Source of the DNA: a virus
Taxonomy: Duplodnaviria > Caudoviricetes
DNA length: 35,433 nt
Virus record (IMG/VR): IMGVR_UViG_3300032303_001510
Coordinates: 1 to 35,433 of that record
Reading direction: 5' to 3' (one strand)
Part shown: positions 1 through 7,869 of the stretch, piece by piece
How the letters are laid out: each line of letters opens with the position of its first letter
Position numbering within the stretch: the first letter of the stretch is position 1
Made by a program: the position numbers and the translations under genes
Notes under the pieces: model-generated
The model's input: the letters and a program-made list of their open reading frames with translations, nothing else
Databases searched by the model: none
What the model was told of the DNA's origin: nothing

Positions 1-123
1 AAGTGCTTTTTGAGGTCTAGGCTGGTCTTGGCTAGCTCAAAGTCATAAAGATTAGTATTGAACTTACTGCTGACTGCATCAGGGACTTGAATGTCATTCA
101 GCATAGAGGCTGAAATCATCAGG
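1..123. repeat. Terminal direct repeat, left copy (circular overlap)
   Basis: 1-123 is identical to 35311-35433. It falls inside a reading frame that continues across the junction, which indicates a circular or circularly permuted assembly. Confidence 0.97.
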
Positions 124-191
124 TTAAACTCAGGATCATCACTTACCCCAGCACGTTTGGCTTGCTGGATTAAAAACTCTTTAATGTTCAT
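1..191 (-). CDS. N-terminal part of the putative scaffolding protein, continuing across the origin into 34602-35433
   Basis: ATG at 191 overlaps the TGA of the 188-664 gene (ATGA) and reads MNIKEFLIQQAKRAGVSDDPEFNL, in frame with MISASML. The full protein is about 299 aa. Confidence 0.85.
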   Translation of the reverse strand, partial: MNIKEFLIQQAKRAGVSDDPEFNLMISASMLNDIQVPDAVSSKFNTNLYDFELAKTSLDLKKH

Positions 192-664
192 AGTGGCAGA
201 TTGTTAAGTTGTTCATCGGTGTAGAATGGAGACTCAGATGGAGAGGCAATGAGTGAATCATCTTCTGTAACCTCTTTCTTCTTGCGCTTTGGCTTCTCAA
301 TTTCTTCGGTAATGGTTGCAGGCTTAGCAGCAAGCTCAGCTTCAATTTCAGCACGGAGTTGTGCCTTTAGCTCTTCCTTGAGCTTACTCAGAAGCTCAGG
401 ATTAGACAGGCTGTTCATATCACCTCCGGCTGATAATGTCTTACCAACAATCACATCGCCTACTGGCCTAACCTTAGCCCAGCTGTATGCTCTCTTATTG
501 ATAGGCTTCTGAAGTTCACGAAGAGCAATTCTGGCATTCACTTGAAATTCAAACGCATGATCTTGCGCTCCTGTTGCTGGGTTTAGTTCCCAGCGCACAA
601 CTGTTACTTGTGCATTGTGTGGGCCATTCTTAATGGCATCCCTGATGTACTGTAAATTATCCAT
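188..664 (-). CDS. Hypothetical protein in the head module
   Basis: 158 aa ORF with a coiled-coil and a KPKRKKK patch, translationally coupled to the scaffold gene. Confidence 0.75.
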   Translation of the reverse strand: MDNLQYIRDAIKNGPHNAQVTVVRWELNPATGAQDHAFEFQVNARIALRELQKPINKRAYSWAKVRPVGDVIVGKTLSAGGDMNSLSNPELLSKLKEELKAQLRAEIEAELAAKPATITEEIEKPKRKKKEVTEDDSLIASPSESPFYTDEQLNNLPL

Positions 665-681
665 TATATTGATTTAATAAG

Positions 682-1350
682 TTACCCTGTATGATGTATC
701 TGACTTCTCTGATGCCCGGTCAGATGCGGGTCTTGATAGCAGACATGTGGCTGAAAGCCATAGCTAATCATGAGGTCTTGAATCCATGCAGTCATAGCGT
801 CTAAGCCATTGTTCTGGATGTAAGTATGTTCAAGAAACAACTGTGCTGCCTTCCGATTGACAATGTAGCCATGAGTCAGCCACATGTGATTGCCCTTCCA
901 AAGTTGAAGCCCCTCAATGCACTCAACAGGCTCAATAATCTGTTCTCCCCATCCTGCATAATAGTTCCAGCCTAGATGCAGAAAATCAAACTCTGGCAAC
1001 CTGTTCCAATTTGTCACGAGTTGATTGGTCTTTTCCACATCAAATCTGGCATCATCTTCCAGGACTAAGGCAAGTTCATTGCCATTATCCAGCATCTTCT
1101 GCCAGACTGCCCGATGAGAAGCACAGCAGCCTATCTCACTCAGGCTTATGATTTGCCTTTTGTTGGCTTTCTTTAGGCTATTATCAATCCGGTGGCTGAT
1201 ATAATTGCCATCTGATGCTGTTTGCATTTCAGGCTGATTACCATGCTTATCGGTTAGCCCTATTTCAGTAAAGTGACTGAGTAGTTTTTTGCGCCTTTGG
1301 ACAGCCCTTGGCAGGCTGATGTAATAGATGGCATCAACAGGAAACTTCAC
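682..1350 (-). CDS. Glycosyltransferase family 25
   Basis: Motifs IYYISL..RR, SLSEIGCCASHRAVW and LVLEDDA. The probable start is GTG at 1350; the longer ORF overlaps the upstream gene. Confidence 0.88.
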   Translation of the reverse strand: MKFPVDAIYYISLPRAVQRRKKLLSHFTEIGLTDKHGNQPEMQTASDGNYISHRIDNSLKKANKRQIISLSEIGCCASHRAVWQKMLDNGNELALVLEDDARFDVEKTNQLVTNWNRLPEFDFLHLGWNYYAGWGEQIIEPVECIEGLQLWKGNHMWLTHGYIVNRKAAQLFLEHTYIQNNGLDAMTAWIQDLMISYGFQPHVCYQDPHLTGHQRSQIHHTG

Positions 1351-1819
1351 AACTAATCTTTTCCGTGATTGATAAGTCCAAGGCGAAAAAGTGGGTCTCA
1401 AAGTTTCTCTCCGCAAGACCCCAGTATTGGTTTGCGATTGCTTTGGAGTTGTAGTCAGTACCTTCATAGGTGATTCCTTTTGTCCTATTGATAATTGAAG
1501 TAAGTGCAAACTCAGCATTTTCTAACTTACTGTTTGCGATCAGTTTAAAATTGACTCTTCTGAGCAGACTTGTGGCTCTGCCTCCGGCTGGAGTAGCCTC
1601 TACCGATGCACTCTCCCTGACCAGAAACAGCACAATCGGGTAAGTATCATTCACAGCACAGTAAGTTGAGCCATCCAAAGTCACATAGTTGCCAGCTGAT
1701 CCTTCAATGATGCTCTCAACTGCCTCACCATAGTTCAGAGCAAGACCTACATAGGTGCTGGCTATGTTTTCACATAGGTTCTTTATTGCGCTCTCAACGG
1801 TTACCTTGGTTAGCTTCAT
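1334..1819 (-). CDS. Putative tail terminator / neck protein
   Basis: 161 aa, beta-rich, directly downstream of a virion morphogenesis-type gene. The call is positional. Confidence 0.45.
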   Translation of the reverse strand: MKLTKVTVESAIKNLCENIASTYVGLALNYGEAVESIIEGSAGNYVTLDGSTYCAVNDTYPIVLFLVRESASVEATPAGGRATSLLRRVNFKLIANSKLENAEFALTSIINRTKGITYEGTDYNSKAIANQYWGLAERNFETHFFALDLSITEKISCEVSC

Positions 1820-2334
1820 TTGCTCAAAAATTCAATGGCTAATCTGTTGATGATTTGAAGGGATTGTGCCAGCTCTTCATCAGAAAGCTCAAAGGTAGTG
1901 CCAAATCTACTTTCTAAGCTATTGGCAATCTTTAGTTGCTCCGGTGAAGTGAATGTAACTCCGTAGGCTGTATTGCTTATTGGCACAGGCCTCCATGACT
2001 TCCACATATCACCAGAGAAAGTAAAGTCAATATAAGCAGTTTGCAGTCCCAACTTCTGTCTTAATTCCTTGTAGCTATCTGTGCTACTTAATGTCTTCAA
2101 TCTTTTTTTGTTGGCAAAGGACTGAGCTTTGCCAAAGGCAGAAGGAATGACTCTTTTACCATACTGTCCTATTTGACTTCCATCAGATTTTTCTCCTTGG
2201 TTCTGCACCCGTTTCATTACTTCCGGAGCAGCATAAAGAGCAGCTGCCCTCAGCACCTTGTCAGCCTTGGATGCTTCCCTGAAGTTCTTGAGCTGCTGCT
2301 TCAGGAAGGCAGATGTGGAGTCATAGACAGGCAT
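1816..2334 (-). CDS. Putative tail completion / virion morphogenesis protein (HK97 gp10 / Mu gpG-like)
   Basis: 172 aa basic protein. IDFTFSGDMWKSW resembles the L..TG.L..S motif of this group. Confidence 0.55.
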   Translation of the reverse strand: MPVYDSTSAFLKQQLKNFREASKADKVLRAAALYAAPEVMKRVQNQGEKSDGSQIGQYGKRVIPSAFGKAQSFANKKRLKTLSSTDSYKELRQKLGLQTAYIDFTFSGDMWKSWRPVPISNTAYGVTFTSPEQLKIANSLESRFGTTFELSDEELAQSLQIINRLAIEFLSK

Positions 2335-2340
2335 AAACTT

Positions 2341-2390
2341 TTTTTACAAATATTTTTGCAGATAAATTTTATCCGTTACTATTGCATTAC
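2341..2390 (+). promoter_or_regulatory. Bacteroidota-type promoter for the plus-strand island
   Basis: TTTG at 2355-2358, 18-nt spacer, TACTATTG at 2377-2384. The upstream 26 nt nearly match 31188-31213. Confidence 0.7.
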
Positions 2391-2411
2391 AAATCTAACC
2401 AATTAAATAAC

Positions 2412-2753
2412 ATGCAGAACAAAGTATCATTTCATGACCTATTTCCAAGATTTGGGATTAGCGTTAATTCAAAAGGCACAATTCAAGACATTCAGAAGTA
2501 TGCACACATGTATGGAGGTGTTATCACCATCTATGACATGAGGAAGGACTGGAATGGATTTGATGATGACAAGCCATACAGACTTAGCTATCGACTAAAT
2601 CAGCCTCCATTTGAGTTTCTTATCTATGGCATTGAGCTTACTGAAGATGAATATGAGACCCAGAAGCTCGCCTGGAATGGCTCTGACTCAATCATTGTTG
2701 AGCCTAACTGCCAGCTTACTCTAATTGATAATGCTTACCTCCTGCTCAGATGA
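2412..2753 (+). CDS. Hypothetical protein
   Basis: ATG at 2412 follows the promoter and an A-rich AACCAAT leader. Confidence 0.75.
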   Translation: MQNKVSFHDLFPRFGISVNSKGTIQDIQKYAHMYGGVITIYDMRKDWNGFDDDKPYRLSYRLNQPPFEFLIYGIELTEDEYETQKLAWNGSDSIIVEPNCQLTLIDNAYLLLR

Positions 2754-2872
2754 TTAACAGAGGCATTAAACAAGTAGTTAAAGAGGCCTTGTTTCAGGCC
2801 TTTTTCTGGATTGTCTCTATAATCTTAGTCATACTGTTAGCTATTAAATTTACCATCTACATCAATGGATAG
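2750..2872 (+). CDS. Small membrane protein (40 aa), not in the ORF track
   Basis: MINRGIKQVVKEALFQAFFWIVSIILVILLAIKFTIYING. ATGA overlap upstream and short overlap with the next gene; one hydrophobic helix. Confidence 0.65.
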   Translation: MINRGIKQVVKEALFQAFFWIVSIILVILLAIKFTIYING

Positions 2873-3563
2873 AGACATCACCATTTGCCTCACCAGCTGC
2901 GGTCGCTTTGACCTATTGGAGAAAACCATCAGCTCATTGGTTACTTATTGGGATGGTGAGCCTCCGGCTGCATTTCTGATACATGAGGACTCAGGAGCTA
3001 TCCCTACCTCATTAGGCATTGAATTAAACAGATTCCTGAAGAGGCATTGGCAGATTGAGGCTAAGTGGACTTTAAGTAACAATGCCGGGCAAGTGCATGC
3101 AATAGATACTCTTTACCATCAAGTTGAAACTCCTTACATCTTTCATTGCGAAGATGACTGGGAGTTCTACCAGGAGGGCTTTATAGGTGATTCTAAGGCT
3201 GTGCTGGAGGCTGAGCCTAAGTGTGCAGTGGTTTGGATTAAGCATCCATCAGACAGAAGTGGCCATACAATCATGAAAGATATTAAGCTCACAAAAACCG
3301 GAGTCAGGTATCAGCAACTTGCCCACAGATATAGAGGTGATTGGCATGGCATGACTTGGTCTCCTGGTCTTAGGAGACTGTCTGATTATATTATTGCAGG
3401 AGAGTTTTCTAAATTCTGCACATGGCGGCCCAATGACCACATCATTGCGGAGAAGGACTATAATAAAAGATATTATGACCTCGGTTATAGTGGATTCACT
3501 TTATGCCGGGGCTTCATCAAGCATTTAGGCAATATTCAATCTTTAAAAAAAAGGAAATTATGA
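2865..3563 (+). CDS. Glycosyltransferase, GT-A fold (family 2-like)
   Basis: ITICLTSCGRFDLLEKTISS N-terminus, IHEDSG, YIFHCEDDW acidic motif, C-terminal IKHLG. Confidence 0.8.
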   Translation: MDRDITICLTSCGRFDLLEKTISSLVTYWDGEPPAAFLIHEDSGAIPTSLGIELNRFLKRHWQIEAKWTLSNNAGQVHAIDTLYHQVETPYIFHCEDDWEFYQEGFIGDSKAVLEAEPKCAVVWIKHPSDRSGHTIMKDIKLTKTGVRYQQLAHRYRGDWHGMTWSPGLRRLSDYIIAGEFSKFCTWRPNDHIIAEKDYNKRYYDLGYSGFTLCRGFIKHLGNIQSLKKRKL

Positions 3564-3790
3564 AAGCAACACTTTACTTCAGGCTGGATGATCCAGAGGA
3601 CATTCAGGCACACATGCGATGCACTAAGGCAACAGACATGGCTCTGGCATTGTATCGGCTTAAGAATGTAATTCACAAAGCTATTGATGAATCAGAAGAT
3701 GGTAAGCATGTTGATGGTGACTATCTGAGCAATGAGGTCAATGAGATATTTGAGGAATTCAGCATAAACTTGAATGAGCTAATATCATGA
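3560..3790 (+). CDS. Hypothetical phage protein
   Basis: Starts MKATLYFRLDDPED at an ATGA overlap with the glycosyltransferase stop. Confidence 0.75.
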   Translation: MKATLYFRLDDPEDIQAHMRCTKATDMALALYRLKNVIHKAIDESEDGKHVDGDYLSNEVNEIFEEFSINLNELIS

Positions 3791-3966
3791 CACAACTTGA
3801 GCAGCTTCAAGTCATTGTAGCCAAGGAAATCAAGACCAAGAAATGGTTTGCTGAACAGGAGGCTAACACACCCAAGAGCAGCTACTATTGGCAAGGTGGC
3901 CTTGTTGCTTTACAGTATATCAAACATGTAATTGACAGATTAATAAAGGAAGAGGATGGAAGATAA
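3787..3966 (+). CDS. Hypothetical protein (59 aa), not in the ORF track
   Basis: MTQLEQLQVIVAKEIKTKKWFAEQ...; ATGA-coupled and fills the gap between neighbours. Confidence 0.7.
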   Translation: MTQLEQLQVIVAKEIKTKKWFAEQEANTPKSSYYWQGGLVALQYIKHVIDRLIKEEDGR

Positions 3967-4165
3967 CATGACGGCAGTTGATTGGCTTTTTAAAGCCCTA
4001 TTGGAAGAGCCAAAGGATAAAATGGTCTGGTATGCCATTCTGGATAAGGCCAAGGAAATGGAGAAAAATCAAATAATGAATGCTTATGAATGTGGTGTAG
4101 GAGACTCTTATGATTACACTTCTGAGGAAGGAGAACTATTTTACAAACAAATCTATGGAGAATAA
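3956..4165 (+). CDS. Small phage protein, TAVxWL..KAKEMEK family, copy 1
   Basis: MTAVDWL...DKAKEMEKNQI; paralogous to the next ORF. The start may be 3968. Confidence 0.75.
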   Translation: MEDNMTAVDWLFKALLEEPKDKMVWYAILDKAKEMEKNQIMNAYECGVGDSYDYTSEEGELFYKQIYGE

Positions 4166-4385
4166 ACAAACGGCAGTTCAATGGTTGATTAACAAAATTG
4201 ATATGCAATATCCTGATATCAATGTTAAGTGGAAAGAATGGATGGTCGATAAAGCCAAAGAAATGGAGAAGGAGCAGCACGGTAAAACATGGGATGATGC
4301 CATAACTCAATTCATTGCCAGAGGCTTTAATTCTGAAAGGACAGTCTGTGATTTTGATGAATACTATGCAGGAAACTATGAGTAA
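4155..4385 (+). CDS. Small phage protein, TAVxWL..KAKEMEK family, copy 2
   Basis: MENKQTAVQWL...DKAKEMEKEQH; ATG at 4155. Confidence 0.75.
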   Translation: MENKQTAVQWLINKIDMQYPDINVKWKEWMVDKAKEMEKEQHGKTWDDAITQFIARGFNSERTVCDFDEYYAGNYE

Positions 4386-4440
4386 TGATAACTGCACAGA
4401 ATTACGGTAAAACATTAAGTTTGCCGTAGAATGCTGAAAG

Positions 4441-4662
4441 ATGATGAATCCAATCGAAGAGCTAATTGATTTCATGATTGCCAATGAAGGCAAGATTGAC
4501 ATCAATGATGTGCTGGTCAAGGCTGAGCTTATCAATATGCGGTCTAAGCCTAGGCATGTTGGATGGTACTTTAATGGCCAGCTGGTTCAGTCATTAGATC
4601 AGCTTAAAGGCAATTCAATTTCTATGAGCAATAAACCTAAACAACTATTTTACTATCCATGA
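4441..4662 (+). CDS. Hypothetical protein
   Basis: 73 aa ORF, preceded by TAAGTTTG (4416-4423) and ATGA-coupled to the next gene. Confidence 0.7.
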   Translation: MMNPIEELIDFMIANEGKIDINDVLVKAELINMRSKPRHVGWYFNGQLVQSLDQLKGNSISMSNKPKQLFYYP

Positions 4663-4952
4663 ATATGCTAGACTATTGGGAAGACCATCATTACGAAAAG
4701 CCCCTTCAAAAGCACCGTGAGGAGATGATTAATAAAACTGATGCTGTCAATCATCCAGAGCATTACGGTGGCTCTGATAGTACCTATGAGGCTATCAAGG
4801 TTATTGAGGCTTGGGAACTAGGCTTCTGCCTTGGCAATGTAATCAAATACATCAGCAGAGCAGGCAAGAAGGGAAGCAAGTTGGAAGACTTAAAGAAGGC
4901 TCAGTGGTATCTCAACCATGAGATTGAGCGATTAGAAACAACACAATTTTAA
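4659..4952 (+). CDS. DUF3310 (SaV-like / T7 gp1.7-like) protein
   Basis: DAVNHPEHY, GFCLGNVIKYISRAGKK and EDLKKAQWYL signature. Confidence 0.9.
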   Translation: MNMLDYWEDHHYEKPLQKHREEMINKTDAVNHPEHYGGSDSTYEAIKVIEAWELGFCLGNVIKYISRAGKKGSKLEDLKKAQWYLNHEIERLETTQF

Positions 4953-4963
4953 ATATAAAAAAC

Positions 4964-5209
4964 ATGACAATTACTTTTAAACCAGAATCTGCATTTACAG
5001 AAATTGAATTTGATTTTGATGTAGATAATATAATTGTAAAAGGAGAAACTGAATATCTCGAAGGCAAGTATTCAGATAATCTCTATATTACTTTTGAAGA
5101 TAAAAATGATAAAGACAATTACATAAGTATAAGCCTAAATAAAAATCAGGCACTTTACTTAGGCAATTTTATTATGGCTTTTGTGAATGAGAAAAAGACT
5201 AAGGCCTGA
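4964..5209 (+). CDS. Hypothetical protein (AT-rich)
   Basis: 81 aa acidic ORF, last gene of the island, converging on 5199-6233. Confidence 0.7.
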   Translation: MTITFKPESAFTEIEFDFDVDNIIVKGETEYLEGKYSDNLYITFEDKNDKDNYISISLNKNQALYLGNFIMAFVNEKKTKA

Positions 5210-6233
5210 CAAAGCCCTGCTGGATTAGGCCAGCATTATCGCAATTAAAGCACAGGCCTTCACCTCTCAGGTTTAACTGCCTTGCCCATATAGCAAGGCT
5301 CTGATTATAGCCATCGAGGAAGGTAGCCATTGCTCTCTCAGTAAACTCACGATTGCCTTGTGCGAAGTAGTTAGCCCTAGGTGAGGCCACCTTCTGCCAA
5401 AGGATCTGATAGCATAAGAGATTTGCCCAGGCATCCAAAAGAAACTCCTTTTGCTGGCAGATGAATGAATCAAGGCTGCACAATAATTGAGCATCAATGT
5501 AGATTCCTGACTGACTGTTGTCTTGTGTCCAGCTATCTCCAAATCCATATCCTAGCGGAGCTGTAACCGGGAAGATGCTCCATCCATTTCTCCAGAGATA
5601 AGTAAATCTAGTTGCACATTCTAAGTCCATCTGATTCCATCCCCAGTCGATGAAGAAGCCTGTGGTAGTTGGCAGATTGGTGCAATCCATAGCCACCATG
5701 ATGTTGATTTTATCAAAGTCAGAATAGAACTCATTATTGACCGGCAAGTAGTTCATTCCCTCAATGAGGTCAGCAGTTCCCTGGTCTAATATCTTGCCAT
5801 CCTGAGTCTGGAAGATGTACCAAGGCACACCAGCAACAGCTGGCCCGGCATTGTAAACATAAATCTGCTTAACTCTTAGTGCCAGATACTTGCTGCCCTG
5901 AACACTTACAAATGCGCCCTTCAGGATTGCCTCTGCTGGTACTGTCTGAATCTGCTGCCATTGCTGCACAAAGTTCTTGCTGGTCTGGAATAGCACCTGA
6001 TCTAGCTGAGCCTCTGCTGAAGTGAATAAGGCAGACTGAATGTCTCTCTTGATTCTCACATAGCTTACAGCCTGAGCTGAGTTCCACATGCCCACATAAG
6101 ACACTTGCTCCGGTGTTGCAATCTTATCCAGCAACTCCGAACTCATGCCCGGATAATCATTGATGTATAGTCCAGACAGAGGAGCATCAGCTGTGCAACC
6201 TTTTAGTCCAATGTAGTCTTCGAGGCAATTCAT
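5199..6233 (-). CDS. Putative virion structural protein (possible head-tail adaptor with an inserted beta domain)
   Basis: 344 aa with helical ends, a beta-rich centre and Cys-rich termini. Function is inferred only. Confidence 0.45.
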   Translation of the reverse strand: MNCLEDYIGLKGCTADAPLSGLYINDYPGMSSELLDKIATPEQVSYVGMWNSAQAVSYVRIKRDIQSALFTSAEAQLDQVLFQTSKNFVQQWQQIQTVPAEAILKGAFVSVQGSKYLALRVKQIYVYNAGPAVAGVPWYIFQTQDGKILDQGTADLIEGMNYLPVNNEFYSDFDKINIMVAMDCTNLPTTTGFFIDWGWNQMDLECATRFTYLWRNGWSIFPVTAPLGYGFGDSWTQDNSQSGIYIDAQLLCSLDSFICQQKEFLLDAWANLLCYQILWQKVASPRANYFAQGNREFTERAMATFLDGYNQSLAIWARQLNLRGEGLCFNCDNAGLIQQGFVRP

Positions 6234-6242
6234 TTTACAAAG

Positions 6243-6476
6243 TTAAACATTATCAGCACTTCCAATATTGGGTGCAGTTATCCGGAATATCTTATTGGTT
6301 AGTGCAACCCATGCACCTAGCACTTGACCTAATATCAGCATTAGAACTGAGTCTCCGGTCTGGATTTTCTCCATCTTATAGAGCCATCCCACACCTATCA
6401 GTAAACCTACCAGAACTACTGTTGCACTGGTGTATGCATACACTTGCATGCGCTTACTGAAGAGTGCAGGAGTCAC
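6243..6476 (-). CDS. Putative holin (two transmembrane segments)
   Basis: Hydrophobic stretches ATVVLVGLLIGVGWLY and VLMLILGQVLGAWVAL, in the lysis cassette. Likely GTG start overlapping the upstream TGA. Confidence 0.55.
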   Translation of the reverse strand: MTPALFSKRMQVYAYTSATVVLVGLLIGVGWLYKMEKIQTGDSVLMLILGQVLGAWVALTNKIFRITAPNIGSADNV

Positions 6477-6793
6477 ATGCCTGGAATAAGGCTCTTGAGC
6501 AGACCTCCCACGAACTTGCCTCTTCTCTCTGCTCTGTCCTGCTTGATTGTCTTGTTCTGCTGGCATGAATCGAGATAGATAACTGACTTTCCTAGCCCTT
6601 TGATTTGCAATTTGAGGCTATCAACTGAGGCTTCAATATGAATGTTCCTGATTGTTGATTCCATCAGGCCTGCCTCGGTCTTGGCAATGTAGTCCTCAAT
6701 TTTCTTATGCTTTACATTAGCAGTATAAACATCACCACCAATATAAATGGCTAAGACAACCAGAATTAATACTCCTTCCTTTGATATGCTCAT
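6473..6793 (-). CDS. Membrane-anchored coiled-coil protein (spanin-like)
   Basis: N-terminal transmembrane segment followed by a coiled-coil, downstream of the endolysin. Confidence 0.45.
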   Translation of the reverse strand: MSISKEGVLILVVLAIYIGGDVYTANVKHKKIEDYIAKTEAGLMESTIRNIHIEASVDSLKLQIKGLGKSVIYLDSCQQNKTIKQDRAERRGKFVGGLLKSLIPGM

Positions 6794-7083
6794 CTAAATA
6801 GATTTTTAAGTTTCTGAATAATCCTTTGGTAACCAGACATCTCAACAAGTTGCCCGGCATCATTGTAATATAGCACAGTCTCCTTCATCTCCTTGTGCAT
6901 GTCCAAGGTCATGCGGTAGAGCCGATAAATCAAAATGATTGACCAGCCATGGTGGTAGAGCCATTCCTCTCCAGGATTGTAGAAGTTAGGTTCTGGGTTA
7001 GCCAATTTAGTCAGTAGGATAGCTCCGTAAGCAGGAGTGTCATAAATAAATTTAACCAATTCTCCTCTTAATTCGTGAGTCAT
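6790..7083 (-). CDS. Putative membrane protein of the lysis cassette
   Basis: ATG at 7083 just after the endolysin stop; moderately hydrophobic segments. Confidence 0.5.
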   Translation of the reverse strand: MTHELRGELVKFIYDTPAYGAILLTKLANPEPNFYNPGEEWLYHHGWSIILIYRLYRMTLDMHKEMKETVLYYNDAGQLVEMSGYQRIIQKLKNLFR

Positions 7084-7087
7084 AACT

Positions 7088-7447
7088 TTAGTAAGTCCAA
7101 ATAACCTTTGCAGGCTTAGTTGGATCGCAGTCAGCATGGATAAATGTGCTGCTCACTCCAATCCTGTTGATACCGGATTTCAGCAGACTATCAATAATCA
7201 CAAATCGCTTATCGCCATCTGTGCAATGTATGTCTGCTGCCCATCCCTGACAATGGCTGCTTTCCTTTACTCCTCCAATTTTAGCATTATGAGCTTCTGT
7301 CCGGAAGCCTGAGTTAATTTTAAATGGAACTCCGGCTATTGCTCTGGCATTGTCGAGCATCTGAATGAACTTAGGCTTCATGTTGCTTCCTGAACCTGGA
7401 GCATCTGGAGAGTCAAACTCTGAAAGTGTAAAATGCTTTAATTGCAT
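7088..7447 (-). CDS. Endolysin, peptidase M15 family
   Basis: HFTLSEF, INSGFR, HNAKIGG..SSHCQGWAADI and FIHAD zinc-ligand motifs. Confidence 0.92.
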   Translation of the reverse strand: MQLKHFTLSEFDSPDAPGSGSNMKPKFIQMLDNARAIAGVPFKINSGFRTEAHNAKIGGVKESSHCQGWAADIHCTDGDKRFVIIDSLLKSGINRIGVSSTFIHADCDPTKPAKVIWTY

Positions 7448-7456
7448 TGTGTAAAA

Positions 7457-7690
7457 TTACTTAATGCGAGTGAATTTTTTAGCTGCACTTTTTACAGACT
7501 TTTTGCCCACACAGCCCCAGGCCTTGCGACTTAAATCATTGGCACATGGTGGGTTCTTGCACTTCTTGATGCCTGATGACCTCGCACAATAGTTATCACC
7601 CTTGGCAGTGCCAGGAGCAATGGAGTAACCTTTTGCCCCAAAGCTGATTGTCTTGCCATTTACTTTGGTCTTAAACTTCTTGTCTGCCAT
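7457..7690 (-). CDS. Small basic Cys-containing protein
   Basis: 77 aa, Lys-rich, KTISFGAKGY...NYCARS...WGC. Confidence 0.75.
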   Translation of the reverse strand: MADKKFKTKVNGKTISFGAKGYSIAPGTAKGDNYCARSSGIKKCKNPPCANDLSRKAWGCVGKKSVKSAAKKFTRIK

Positions 7691-7821
7691 TATCTTCCTT
7701 GTCCTTTATATTTCTTCTGATTGCCTGCCTTTGGCCTTCTGCCCTTGCTATGCTTGCCTTCTCTGCGCTTACCGAAGCTAATCTTAGCTGCTGGATTGCT
7801 GCCTGTTTTCGCCTTTTTCAT
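7690..7821 (-). CDS. Very basic 43 aa peptide, not in the ORF track
   Basis: MKKAKTGSNPAAKISFGKRREGKHSKGRRPKAGNQKKYKGQGR; TAATG-coupled to the next gene. Confidence 0.7.
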   Translation of the reverse strand: MKKAKTGSNPAAKISFGKRREGKHSKGRRPKAGNQKKYKGQGR

Positions 7822-7869
7822 GTGTAAATATCAATATTTTAGCCTTATTATTGTAACCCCTTATGAGTC

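Noticed and set aside
249-512. Short antisense or alternate-frame ORFs in the track (for example 249-512, 2173-2406, 5273-5548, 8376-8576, 15654-15863, 21014-21277, 23190-23486, 24955-25254, 28682-28894)
   Set aside because: They overlap well-supported genes and show no motifs or start context of their own.
1351-1518. N-terminal extensions in the ORF track for GT25, fiber, tape measure, 23109-23600 and VRR-NUC
   Set aside because: They overlap upstream genes or promoters; downstream starts give better coupling and domain boundaries.
2784-2805. Hairpin AGGCCT-TGTTTC-AGGCCT plus T-run as a terminator
   Set aside because: It lies inside a plausible 40 aa membrane gene within a coupled operon, and the stem is short. 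At most a weak attenuator.
3990-4535. 181 aa minus-strand ORF
   Set aside because: Antisense shadow of three coupled plus-strand genes, two of them recognisable paralogs.
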